Assembly (NCBI GenBank): GCA_000092065.1
Contig: CP000601.1
Source of the DNA: Ostreococcus lucimarinus
Lineage: Eukaryota
Strand: one strand, 5' to 3'
Length of the DNA stretch: 64,000 nucleotides
The translations under genes and the position numbers were made by a program. The notes under the pieces were generated by a model that made no database searches, had not been told where the DNA came from, and worked only from the letters and a program-made list of their open reading frames with translations. Position 1 is the first letter of the stretch. The number at the start of each line of letters is the position of its first letter. Below, one piece after another: positions 43,401 to 51,984 of the stretch.

Positions 43401-43891
43401 CCAAAATGAAACTAGGCTCGTACGCGGGAGGCCCCGTGCGCGGCGACTCGGTGAACTCGCGAGACGCGTGGTCGCTCGGACAAGGCGACGACGATGATAT
43501 CGCGGAGCTGATTCATCATCGTTATGATAACGAACGCGAGTACGACGGTGGCGCGCCTTGGGTGCGTAAGACCGGTTCAAAGATATACGGCGGCGACGCC
43601 GCGACCGCGAAGCGAGGCTCTCGCGGCACGCGCCAGCGCGACGGCGGACATTACGGCGTACCAGTGGTCGATGTTCGCGCTTTGGGGGTTGGAAGCGACT
43701 ACAATCACGTCGAAAACAACGCGTTCGGGCACTCCGACGCGTTCGTCGCGGATGATCATGAGTGGGACTCCGCCTCCGACGCCGACACGCTCGACGACGA
43801 CGCGTCGACGCAGCGAAGTCAATCCTTTAGCGATTACGAGAACGATGATCAACGATTCGACGGCGCCAGGCGACCGGCATGGCTCGACTAG
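40439..43891 (+). CDS. Multi-pass membrane protein, OSCA/TMEM63/CSC1-like (DUF221, hyperosmolality-gated cation channel family) with a long low-complexity C-terminal tail. Family assignment is moderate confidence.
   Basis: TM segments flank a cytosolic RRM-like domain (ATLKDYTVLVTGLPSDATDEEVRCFFALRFGTVADVVLV...AFITFETEGS). A 7-TM C-terminal block follows. The ORF-track start at 40421 is a GTG; the first ATG is at 40439. Confidence 0.5.
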   Translation: MDTNWTPATPARARADARIASDKVLSTKAFEDARVKDHRDVERERGVYLPPSAEEAATHADSAQPRLLSEDGKLEKLKYFDSEVDLGLEFGAGVSGYFFVLRAFACLFFAAFALNLPAMFINYTSTYYASHYEAEPETATAPTADALSGRPTTSFHSWFVDWHWANPMSASLGTVAPDDVPQRAWVLAGTTSGVLRWSSSKIDFIRFSVVMDVVVSLIIILSVPVIMLVLMRTERRVERGTATLKDYTVLVTGLPSDATDEEVRCFFALRFGTVADVVLVKTECMQINAQRRRRRLLEDYDEAEAALIAAGNRGGDGTKTAIENEILAVDRKLKRRRARTRAKQCSAFITFETEGSKIDCILRNTRSIMSYIFAFPRKERFRGKRKYRVRDAPEPEDVRFENLNLSNRSWRRLVVLFSCSAVVLLCYGFLKMLVDDKEKLWENADMMVTTLADDVGIVVAHGNPVEQFETHKNQFRTACRARLDQCGVAFSKDKTYVGMPWGAPIYAFYDYPNATLLDRRYAQQDAVRDLTNCAQDTNRCPGGPTMQNCHACYCASLKYGLTSEVVRAYNKAIRHSCAKYVNLGPGEYYNWLWVSFCITLMNVLLEWIVPLLVAAERLRTRSATKVLKTKIIFWVRYLNVAVIYGLLNANFYHIGRYFPLIKQMFGLKGEYADFTSEWFNDVGLVLFFAIMMSVTIRILARVLVDIITHVGRKFSVAYCHTQAKLNKAFEGPSFDTGAKCGDVCFTIMAAMTFSSGMPLIYLVLSMYFVLVYLYDYRLLLKVCKLPERSKSTLPMTAAKVLFISVSIHALIGLWMFSYHWTPDLAKPTKDFEHSSKNNAPPLAYEIGGEILNPPHDNGALTAIVQSTGVATTYFHQYRDATVGALSAGDFVAPPPRVQLRFAERPFSEAGMPFMGMFFALLGVMGLWQIAVAWHNWGKSRRDIARSWKNLPQYHEAIMTGLIVGSETYRPEYQPDYAFLFDKSTVAAAKMKLGSYAGGPVRGDSVNSRDAWSLGQGDDDDIAELIHHRYDNEREYDGGAPWVRKTGSKIYGGDAATAKRGSRGTRQRDGGHYGVPVVDVRALGVGSDYNHVENNAFGHSDAFVADDHEWDSASDADTLDDDASTQRSQSFSDYENDDQRFDGARRPAWLD

Positions 43892-44226
43892 GACGAAACG
43901 TACAGTGTAAGAAAACATAGCGTATTCATAGCGACAATCATAAAACGTGGTCACACTACAAACGCGGTCTGTTCGCGCTCCCTCGCCGGCGCCGCGTAAA
44001 AAACTAAACAACATCACGATTCACCATCAACGCGCGCGCGTCATCGGAGCACGAACTTCGAACACTCACTATGAAGTCGATTTCGTTCGATGCCCGTCAC
44101 GTGCGCGCGCGCCGCGGCGTCGTTTCGTCGTTTCTTCGTTCGCTCGCGCGTCCCGAAGGCCACGTCACTTTAGATAACGTAACCTTTCGCGCTCACCGCG
44201 CGCTCGAACCGAGCTTCGCCGTCCCG

Positions 44227-44382
44227 TCACTTCCCCCCGGGGAAGCGCTGCGGCGTCTTCTTCTTTTGCTCCGGTCGCTTCGTCTTATTCGCCGCCTTGT
44301 TCGCGCCGGAGTCGCGCTCAGCCTTGATGAAGCTCCACACGCCGGTGCCTTGCAGCTTATCGGTCGCGCCGACGGCGTACAT
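44227..44382 (-). CDS. Small Lys-rich hypothetical protein (51 aa)
   Basis: MYAVGATDKLQGTGVWSFIKAERDSGANKAANKTKRPEQKKKTPQRFPGGK has good GC3 bias. It sits in the otherwise empty 770-bp gap between the channel-like gene and the FKBP gene, and is preceded by a 4-codon uORF-like ATGCCCATCTTCTGA. Confidence 0.2.
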   Translation of the reverse strand: MYAVGATDKLQGTGVWSFIKAERDSGANKAANKTKRPEQKKKTPQRFPGGK

Positions 44383-44520
44383 CGCGCCGTCGGCGGCCGT
44401 TTTGATGGTTCAGAAGATGGGCATGACGCGTTCGCGACGTTCGAGCGGGCGCGTAAGTCGACGCTTTTGCGCGACGTCGTGTGCGGCGACGCCGTCGCCG
44501 TCGCCGTCGCCGTCGCCGCG

Positions 44521-44600
44521 GCGCCGCGAAGACGAAGACGAAGACGACGACGAAGACGACGACGAAGACGAAACGAAACGAAACGAAACGAAACAGATGA
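44521..44600. repeat. Compound microsatellite in a 3'UTR/intergenic region: (GACGAA/GACGAC)n followed by (CGAAA)4
   Basis: gacgaagacgaagacgacgacgaagacgacgacgaagacgaaacgaaacgaaacgaaac, flanked by a (GCCGTC)4 run at 44491-44514. Confidence 0.6.
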
Positions 44601-44659
44601 ACAAAAGTATTCAAAACGCTAACCGTCACCAGCGCGACCGACGCGCGACGACGTCGGCC

Positions 44660-45187
44660 TCACGCGACGGCGACGAGCTCGACGTCGAAGTACAGCGTCG
44701 CGTTCGGCGGTATCGCCCCTCCCGCGCCTCGCGCCCCGTACCCGAGCTCCGGCGGGATCACCAACCGTCGCTTCCCTCCCACGCGCATCGCGGGTATCGC
44801 GTCGCCGTCGCCGCAGATCCCGAGTCCCCAGCCCTGAATCACCTGCGACGGTTTAAACTGCAGCGGCGCGCCGCGCTCGTAGCTCGAGTCGAACGCGCGT
44901 CCGCTCTCCAACCGCCCGACGTAGTGCGCCTTGATGACGCTCGACGCCGTCGGCGTCGCGCCGTCGCCGACGACGGCGTCGCAGAACGCCAGCCCGCGCG
45001 CGCCGACGACGAGTTCGTTCGCGCACTCGAGCGTCGGCAGGCCGCGCGCGCGCGCGCCGCGCGGCGCGAGCGCGACCGCGAGCGCGCCCGCGGCGACCGC
45101 GGCGCGGCGCGACGCGATGGACGCGTCCGCGTCCGGCGCGCGCGCGGCGGCGACGACGGCGGCGCGCGAGAGCGTCGACGCGAACAT
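44660..45187 (-). CDS. FKBP-type peptidyl-prolyl cis-trans isomerase with a twin-arginine-type (thylakoid-lumen-like) N-terminal targeting sequence
   Basis: The C-terminal FKBP domain is YVGRLESGRAFDSSYERGAPLQFKPSQVIQGWGLGI...MRVGGKRRLVIPPELGYG...TLYFDVELVAVA. The N-terminus MFASTLSRAAVVAAARAP...SRRAAVAAGALAVALAPRGARA has a twin-arginine motif. The longer ORF to 45934 is an Arg-rich artefact. Confidence 0.75.
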   Translation of the reverse strand: MFASTLSRAAVVAAARAPDADASIASRRAAVAAGALAVALAPRGARARGLPTLECANELVVGARGLAFCDAVVGDGATPTASSVIKAHYVGRLESGRAFDSSYERGAPLQFKPSQVIQGWGLGICGDGDAIPAMRVGGKRRLVIPPELGYGARGAGGAIPPNATLYFDVELVAVA

Positions 45188-45391
45188 TTTTGCGAACGAT
45201 TGGTGTTGCGCGCGCGAGTGACGCGACGAACGCGACTCGGCGACGCGCGACTTCGCGACGGCCGCGACGCGACGCGCGAGGACGCGACGGCGACGGACGG
45301 GACGCGCGCGGGACGCGCGCGGCGCGAGCGGGCGCGCGCGAGGGCTCGATCGGGCGAATCGACGAGGGCGCAACACCCTCGGGGACGCGCG

Positions 45392-46423
45392 ATGGCGTCG
45401 CTCGTGCGCGCGATGGTGAACGGCACCGCGGTGGTGAACGCGACGAAGGTGCAAGAGCTGCTGAACGACGTGGACGCGGCGATGGACTGGAAGAACGACC
45501 CGCTGAGGTACCTGTGGGCGACGGCGAGCGCGGTGTCGACGTTCATGTGGTTCGGGTTCGCGGGCGATAACTTGCAGTACTATCGCATGAACGGTGGGTT
45601 GGCGTACGCGGGCGGGGCGACGAATCGAAGCGTGTGGGCGGAGTCGTTCGGGAAGTCTGGGGTGTTTTTGTTGGCGTATCGAGCGTGCGCGACGGCGGCG
45701 TGCGCGTACTACGAAGTGCGAGAGAAAATCGCGCCGCGATTGACGGTGAACGCGGAGACGGAGATGTATGGGTTGGACATGTCGTACTTTTTGAATCTGC
45801 ACGATTGGACCGTGCACTCGGTGACGCTGTTTTTCTTTTTCGCGACGCTGGCGTCGCTCGCGGGGATGTGTTCGAGAACGGCGACGCACGATCACTACCT
45901 CGGCCACAGCGGGCGGTGTAACACGTTGGGACACTGGGTTATGGCGCTGTACACCATCGCTTTCACGATGAGCGTTTCATTTCTCGTCATCGTGCTCTTT
46001 GAGGCGGCGTTCGCCCCGCAGTGCGTGCCGTCGAGCGCGAGAGGGAAGTTGACGACGTTTCTCGATCCCGCCTCGCGCCTGTGTTACCTCGAGCCGCAAT
46101 ACATGATAGGGTACTTGGGCAACGTCTTGTTGTTGCTCATCGAGGCCTCTCTCGGGCGATTGGTGTTCCCAAAGTGCTACATGTCGCAGCCGATCTTTTA
46201 CGCCAGCACGTTTTTCATCATCGGTCAGTTCAACGTCATGGTGCTGAACGGCGACTGGGCGTACCAGTGGACGAATTATTGGCGTCGAGAAACCGTGGTG
46301 TACCTGAACGCGTTCTTGTGTCTCGTCATGTTCACTCACTTGGTGTTGGTGAAGTTTTTACGCGCGAATTCGAATTCGAAGCTGGCGAAAAACGTCGAGG
46401 AGCGCGTTCCCTTGTTCATGTAA
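45392..46423 (+). CDS. Hypothetical multi-pass membrane protein (343 aa)
   Basis: Several hydrophobic helices are present (FMWFGFAG, VTLFFFFATLASLAGM, MALYTIAFTMSVSFLVIVLF, NVLLLLIEASLG, FYASTFFIIGQFNVMVLNG, AFLCLVMFTHLVLV). The part of ORF 44297..46423 before 45392 is antisense to the FKBP gene and is not coding. Confidence 0.45.
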   Translation: MASLVRAMVNGTAVVNATKVQELLNDVDAAMDWKNDPLRYLWATASAVSTFMWFGFAGDNLQYYRMNGGLAYAGGATNRSVWAESFGKSGVFLLAYRACATAACAYYEVREKIAPRLTVNAETEMYGLDMSYFLNLHDWTVHSVTLFFFFATLASLAGMCSRTATHDHYLGHSGRCNTLGHWVMALYTIAFTMSVSFLVIVLFEAAFAPQCVPSSARGKLTTFLDPASRLCYLEPQYMIGYLGNVLLLLIEASLGRLVFPKCYMSQPIFYASTFFIIGQFNVMVLNGDWAYQWTNYWRRETVVYLNAFLCLVMFTHLVLVKFLRANSNSKLAKNVEERVPLFM

Positions 46424-46532
46424 ACCCGTAGCAGTCCCGTAGTCTAGTAGCGTGTCGACGACGTCATATTTCAACATTTACATCTACCCCGTTCGATCGA
46501 TCCCGCTCGTCGCTCGGGCAATACTACTACGC

Positions 46533-47216
46533 TCAGTCGCGCTTGCTCTTCGCCGCACCCAAAACCTTCTTGCGTTGGCCGAGCATGTACCCGTACAACA
46601 TCGGAAAGCCCGGCGCGTATCCCGCGAAGAACATGAGCATCGCCGTCGGCAAATGAAACGCAAAGTTCACCGCATTCGGCATCTCGTACGCCAACGGGTT
46701 CGTTTTTACCAAATATTTGAACCCGCTGTACGCCAGAAACAGCTCAGAGCTCACGCCTAGCGGGTACAGCACGATGAACAACGTGTATCGACACCACGTC
46801 ACCGCCCTCGGCACGTCGCCCCGAACGAGCTTAAAAAAGTAAAAGCTATACCGCACGACCTCGGTGACGCCCCAGGCGAGCATGAGCGACGGTACGCCGA
46901 TTTTCAGCGGTCCGACGACGTCCAGACTCGCCGTGCGCGAGACCGGGGCGAGATGTAAGACGCCCCAGACGACCATCAACCTGCTGCTCACCTGCATCGC
47001 GGTGACGAGCACGGGCGATCGCGCGATCCCGCACGCGGCGTGCGCGATCTCGAGCACGGCGGCGGTCTGTGCGAGCGCGAGCGGGCGCTCGACGGCGGCG
47101 TAGACGGCGGAGGGGCCGGCGGTGCGGAGCGCGGCGAAGGCGAGGATGAGGACGTAGGACCAGCCGGCGACGAGCGCGGCGTTGTACGACGCGAGGTACG
47201 TCTTCGCGAGGGACAT
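46533..47216 (-). CDS. Very-long-chain (3R)-3-hydroxyacyl-CoA dehydratase (PTPLA/HACD/PHS1/PAS2 family)
   Basis: WGVTEVVRYSFYF, VLYPLGVSSELFLAYSG and six TM helices. The start YLASYNAALVAGWSYVLI is typical of the family. Confidence 0.75.
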   Translation of the reverse strand: MSLAKTYLASYNAALVAGWSYVLILAFAALRTAGPSAVYAAVERPLALAQTAAVLEIAHAACGIARSPVLVTAMQVSSRLMVVWGVLHLAPVSRTASLDVVGPLKIGVPSLMLAWGVTEVVRYSFYFFKLVRGDVPRAVTWCRYTLFIVLYPLGVSSELFLAYSGFKYLVKTNPLAYEMPNAVNFAFHLPTAMLMFFAGYAPGFPMLYGYMLGQRKKVLGAAKSKRD

Positions 47217-47322
47217 CGCCGTGGAGAGATCGTGCGTTGAGTTGCGTGCGTTATTTACGGCGACCGACGACGGGACGTCGCGAGCGGCGAAGTGAGGCTA
47301 CGGGCGCGGCGAAGGGCGACGC

Positions 47323-48771
47323 TCAGTCGGCGACGACGCCCTCGAGAGCGCGCGGGATCGATTGATTCGACGCGCGTAAGACGTGCGCGAGCTCTCGCGC
47401 GTGCTTGCCGTCGCGCAAGATAGAGAAGAACGTGTGCGATTTGCCTTTGCGTCCGGCGCGACCGGTGCGACCGATTCTGTGGACGTATTCCTCGACGCTC
47501 TTCGGAAAGTCGTGGTTGACGACGAGCTTCACGCCGACGACGTCCAAGCCGCGACTGGCAACGTCGGTGCTGATCATGATCGGCGATCGCGCGGCGCGAA
47601 ATTCTTCGAGGACCCAGTCGCGCTCTTTCTGTTCTTTGTCGCCGTGCAAGCCGAGCGCGGGCCAACCCTCCGAACGGAGTCGACGCGTCAGCTGGTCCAC
47701 GAGCGCCTTGGTCTCGACGAAGACCAAGATCGAGCTCCCGTCCATCTCTTCTTCTAAAATATCCATGAGTTTAGCGTACTTTGCCTCCGCGTCTTCGACT
47801 ATGTGCACGATTTGTTCGACGTTTTTCGATGCGAGCAAACCGTCGCCCGCGCCGCCGACGCGCATCTCCACCGGGTCGTTGCGAATAAACTCTCTCGCCA
47901 CTTCTCGCACCTCCACCGGCCACGTCGCGGTGAACAGGAGCGTTTGGCGATCGCAGCGCGTTTGAGCGATGATTCGACGAATCTGCGGCTCGAAACCCAT
48001 GTCGAGCATTCGATCTGCCTCGTCTAGGACGACGAACGACGTTCGTCGCAAATTCGTCTGCCCGCCGTCCAAAAAATCAATCAGGCGGCCCGGCGTCGCG
48101 ACGCAAATCTCGCTCCCTCCTGATTTCAACGCTTTTATTTGCGGACCTTTTGGGACGCCACCGGTAACGCACGCGTGCTTGATCTCGCTCGACGCCGCGA
48201 ATTTGGCGACCTCGAGTTCGATTTGACTCGCCAACTCTCGAGTCGGCGCGAGCACCAACGCGATCGGCCCCTCCCCCTTCTCCAGCACCGGCTGCGCGTT
48301 CACGTGCACGATCGCGGGTAACACGTACGCCAACGTCTTTCCAGACCCCGTCTCCGCGACCGCGATCAAGTCTCGTCCGCTCAGCGCGATCGGCCACGCC
48401 TGGCACTGACACGGCGTCGGCGTCGCCAAACCGCGCTCCTTCAAATCGTCCATCACGTACGCCGGGAACGACGCCTCCTCGAACGTCGTCACGATTTTGG
48501 GCACATCTGCCCCTCGCACCACGCGCACGCCGCGCGCTCGCATCGCGTCTTCCGTCGCTCTCGCGCTTCGCGCCGTCGTCGACGGGTGCTCAAAGTACAA
48601 ATTCTTCGAAAACACCTCCCCATCCCTCACCGTCGCGCTCGTTGACGCGTCTGCGTCGCCCGCGCGGCGCACGGCATCCATGGCGATCTCCGTTCGCGCG
48701 TCTTCGCGCGCGCGCTTGGCGCTTTCGTACGTTTCTCGAGTCGTCCCCGTCGCGGACGAGTTTTCCACCAT
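47323..48771 (-). CDS. ATP-dependent DEAD-box RNA helicase, DDX5/DDX17/Dbp2 class
   Basis: Q-motif region YVMDDLKERGLATPTPCQCQAWPIALSGRDLIAVAETGSGKT, DEAD box VLDEADRMLDMGFEPQIRRII, FTATWP and HRIGRTGRAGRKG. Confidence 0.9.
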   Translation of the reverse strand: MVENSSATGTTRETYESAKRAREDARTEIAMDAVRRAGDADASTSATVRDGEVFSKNLYFEHPSTTARSARATEDAMRARGVRVVRGADVPKIVTTFEEASFPAYVMDDLKERGLATPTPCQCQAWPIALSGRDLIAVAETGSGKTLAYVLPAIVHVNAQPVLEKGEGPIALVLAPTRELASQIELEVAKFAASSEIKHACVTGGVPKGPQIKALKSGGSEICVATPGRLIDFLDGGQTNLRRTSFVVLDEADRMLDMGFEPQIRRIIAQTRCDRQTLLFTATWPVEVREVAREFIRNDPVEMRVGGAGDGLLASKNVEQIVHIVEDAEAKYAKLMDILEEEMDGSSILVFVETKALVDQLTRRLRSEGWPALGLHGDKEQKERDWVLEEFRAARSPIMISTDVASRGLDVVGVKLVVNHDFPKSVEEYVHRIGRTGRAGRKGKSHTFFSILRDGKHARELAHVLRASNQSIPRALEGVVAD

Positions 48772-48836
48772 CGACGTTTCGCCGTCTTTCGCGCGCGTCG
48801 CGCGGCGATTCCGCGCGCCGACGCCGCGCGCGCCCG

Positions 48837-48844
48837 TTATAAAG
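48837..48844. promoter_or_regulatory. TATA-like element (TTATAAAG) in the divergent spacer between the helicase and aminopeptidase genes
   Basis: cccgTTATAAAGcc lies about 70 bp upstream of the minus-strand helicase ATG and about 200 bp upstream of the plus-strand aminopeptidase ATG. Confidence 0.3.
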
Positions 48845-49044
48845 CCTTCGCGACGCGCGCGCGCGCCGCGGTCGCGCTCGACGCGACGCGCGCCGCGTCG
48901 CCGCGTTTTGAAGCGCTGGAAAGTGTGCTTTTCGCTCGCAGTCGCGCTCGGCGCCGCACAGCGCGACGACGACGCGCGCCCGGACGCTCGCGCGCGCCGC
49001 GACGAATCCCCGAGACGACGCCCGAGCGAGCGTCGGCGCCGACG

Positions 49045-51807
49045 ATGCGATCGAGCGCGCGAGGCGTCGCGAGCGCGGCGTTTCGAGCGCTGACGTCACG
49101 ACCGAAACCATCGAACGCGACGTCGCGAACGAGCGCGGTGAAGCCGCGCGCGATGACGACGGCGACGGAGACGCCGACGGAGGCGCCGAAGACGATATAT
49201 CTGAAGGATTACGAGCGACCGGCGTACGCGTTCGAAAGGGTGAATTTGGACTTTGAGCTCGGGGAGGCGACGACGACGGTGACGTCGACGATTCGAGTTC
49301 GACCGGCGAACGATGCGAATGGGAAATCGTTGTTCCTGAACGGCGATGAATCGGTGGAGTTGGCGGCGATCGAGGTGGACGGCGCGAAATTCACGACGTA
49401 CGAACGGACGGGGAAGGGGATCACGCTGCGCGCGCTGCCGACGGAGGCGTTTGATTTGCGAGTGACGACGACGATTAAGCCGCAAGAGAACACCGCGCTC
49501 GAGGGACTTTATAAGTCGTCTGGGAACTTTTGCACGCAATGCGAGGCGGAAGGTTTCCGACGAATCACGTTTTATCAAGATAGACCGGATGTGATGTCGA
49601 TATTCACGACGCGCATCACGGCGGATAAGACGAAGTATCCGGTGCTGCTCGGCAACGGAAACTTGGTGGATTCTGGAGATTTGGAGGGTGGTAAGCACTT
49701 CACCGTGTGGGAAGATCCGTGGGCAAAACCGTGTTACCTTTTCGCGCTCGTCGCGGGTGATCTCGGGATGGTGGAGGATAAATTCAAGACGATGACGGGC
49801 AAAGAAGTGACGCTTCGCATCTTCACCGAGACGCACAACTTGGACAAGTGCGCGCACGCGATGACGAGCTTGATCAAATCCATGAAATGGGACGAAGACA
49901 CGTATGGTTTGGAGTACGACTTGGAGCTTTTCAACATCGTCGCCGTGGACGATTTCAACATGGGCGCCATGGAGAACAAGTCGCTGAACATTTTCAACTC
50001 GCGTCTCGTGTTGGCGACGCCGCAGAGCGCCACGGATGCCGATTACGCCGCCATTGAAGGTGTCGTGGCGCACGAATACTTTCACAACTACACTGGAAAC
50101 CGTGTGACGTGTCGTGATTGGTTCCAACTGTCCCTCAAGGAAGGGCTGACTGTGTACAGAGACCAAGAGTTCAGCGCGGATATGAACTCGCGAGGCGTCA
50201 AGCGCATCGGCGACGTCTCGCGCCTTCGCATGGCGCAATTCGCCCAAGACGCGGGTCCGATGGCGCACCCGATTCGCCCGGAATCGTACATTAAGATGGA
50301 TAACTTTTACACCGTGACAGTTTACGAAAAGGGAGCGGAAGTCGTGCGCATGTACGAGACGCTCCTCGGCAAGGATGGGTTCCGCAAGGGGATGGATTTG
50401 TACTTTGAACGTCACGACGGTCAAGCGGTGACGACGGAGGATTTCTTCGCCGCCATGTGCGACGCCAACGGTGCGGACTTGTCCACGTTCAAGCCCTGGT
50501 ACTCCCAAGCGGGTACGCCGCGCGTCACCGCGAACGGGTCTTACGACGCCGCCGCGAAGACGTTCACCCTCGAATGCTCGCAAGTGGTTCCGAAAACGCC
50601 CGGTCAAGACTCCAAGGTTCCGGTCTTGTGCCCGATCGCCGTTGGTCTCGTTGGTCCCGACGGTGCAGACATGAACCTCACGATCGACGGCAAATCCCAC
50701 GGCACGACGGCGGTGCTTCGTTTCGATCAAGCCTCGGCGACGTACACTTTCACCGGCGTCGACGCCAAGCCCGTGCCGAGCATCTTGCGCAACTTCAGCG
50801 CGCCCGTGCGTTTGACGACCAACTTGACGCAAGACGACTTGTTGTTCCTCATGGCGAACGACTCGGACGCGTTCAACCGATGGGAGGCTGGGCAGACGCT
50901 GCTCAGAAACCTCTGCCTGGATCTGATCAAGGGCGGCGAGCAGTCATTCAAGATGAACGACGCCATCACGGCGGCGATGCGCACGATTCTTTCGGGCGCC
51001 AAGGCTGCCGACGCGGACAAGGCGTTCATCGCGCGCGCCATGATGGTGCCTTCCGAGGGCGAGCTGAGCGACATGCTCGAAGAGGGCACGGTGGATCCCG
51101 CCGCCGTGCACGCCGCTCGCGACTTTGTCATGAAGACGCTCGCCACGGAGCTTCGCGCTGAGTTGGAAGCCACGGCGCAAGCGAACAGCGCCGCGGTGTA
51201 TTCGAACGAACCCGCCGATCGCGCCGCGCGATCGCTGAAAAACGCGTGCATCGGATATTTGTCGTATTTGGACGCGCCGGAAATCGCCGCGATGACGTAC
51301 GAGCGCTACGTCGCCGCGGACAACATGACGGATAAGATTGCCGCCCTGAGCGCGCTCAGCGGCAAAGACTGCGACGAACGCATCAAAGCCATCGATGCGT
51401 TTTACGCCGAGTGGTCGCACGACCCGCTCGTCATGAACAAATGGCTCAGCATCCAAGCCGCGTCGTCGCTCCCGAACAACCTCGCCAACGTTCGCGCGCT
51501 CGCCGCCGGCTCCGCCTTCGACATCAAGAACCCCAACAAAGTGTACTCCCTCATCGGTGGTTTCTGCGCCTCTCCCACCAACTTTCACGCCATCGACGGC
51601 TCCGGTTACGAATTCCTCGCCGACATCGTCCTCGAGCTCGACGATCTCAACGGCCAAGTCGCCTCTCGCATGGTGTCCGCGTTTACGCGTTGGCGCAAAT
51701 TCGAGCCGACGCGCGCGTCGGCGATGAAGGCGCAGCTCGAGCGCATCGCCGCCAAGACGGGTCTGAGCGAAAACGTCTTCGAGATCGTCTCCAAGTCGCT
51801 CGAGTGA
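49045..51807 (+). CDS. M1-family aminopeptidase N (bacterial PepN-type), with an N-terminal targeting-like extension
   Basis: GAMENKSLNIF, the zinc site VAHEYFHNYTGNRVTCRDWFQLSLKEGLTVYRDQEF (HExxH...E), and a PepN-like C-terminal helical domain. The mature region starts KTIYLKDYERPAYAFERVNLDFEL, cf. E. coli PepN MTQQPQAKYRHDYRAPDYQITDIDLTFDL. Confidence 0.85.
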   Translation: MRSSARGVASAAFRALTSRPKPSNATSRTSAVKPRAMTTATETPTEAPKTIYLKDYERPAYAFERVNLDFELGEATTTVTSTIRVRPANDANGKSLFLNGDESVELAAIEVDGAKFTTYERTGKGITLRALPTEAFDLRVTTTIKPQENTALEGLYKSSGNFCTQCEAEGFRRITFYQDRPDVMSIFTTRITADKTKYPVLLGNGNLVDSGDLEGGKHFTVWEDPWAKPCYLFALVAGDLGMVEDKFKTMTGKEVTLRIFTETHNLDKCAHAMTSLIKSMKWDEDTYGLEYDLELFNIVAVDDFNMGAMENKSLNIFNSRLVLATPQSATDADYAAIEGVVAHEYFHNYTGNRVTCRDWFQLSLKEGLTVYRDQEFSADMNSRGVKRIGDVSRLRMAQFAQDAGPMAHPIRPESYIKMDNFYTVTVYEKGAEVVRMYETLLGKDGFRKGMDLYFERHDGQAVTTEDFFAAMCDANGADLSTFKPWYSQAGTPRVTANGSYDAAAKTFTLECSQVVPKTPGQDSKVPVLCPIAVGLVGPDGADMNLTIDGKSHGTTAVLRFDQASATYTFTGVDAKPVPSILRNFSAPVRLTTNLTQDDLLFLMANDSDAFNRWEAGQTLLRNLCLDLIKGGEQSFKMNDAITAAMRTILSGAKAADADKAFIARAMMVPSEGELSDMLEEGTVDPAAVHAARDFVMKTLATELRAELEATAQANSAAVYSNEPADRAARSLKNACIGYLSYLDAPEIAAMTYERYVAADNMTDKIAALSALSGKDCDERIKAIDAFYAEWSHDPLVMNKWLSIQAASSLPNNLANVRALAAGSAFDIKNPNKVYSLIGGFCASPTNFHAIDGSGYEFLADIVLELDDLNGQVASRMVSAFTRWRKFEPTRASAMKAQLERIAAKTGLSENVFEIVSKSLE

Positions 51808-51984
51808 TCGCGCGACGCGCCTCGGTTTCAACGCTAAGACCGCGCATTCGTTCCTTCGCGTCTCCGTCCCTCTCGCGCGTTCGCTCGCGGCGTCGCCCGT
51901 CGTCCATCGCCGCGCCATCGCGCGCCACTCCGCGCCCCTGCCGCGCGCGCGCGGCGCGCACGGCGACGCCCGGGTCGAGCGCGC

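Noticed and set aside
44660-45934. Long 424-aa version of the FKBP ORF and the overlapping plus ORF 44297..45391
   Set aside because: The N-terminal 250 aa are Arg/His/Pro low-complexity. The FKBP domain with its twin-arginine signal starts at Met 45187. The plus ORF is antisense to FKBP before the membrane-protein start at 45392.
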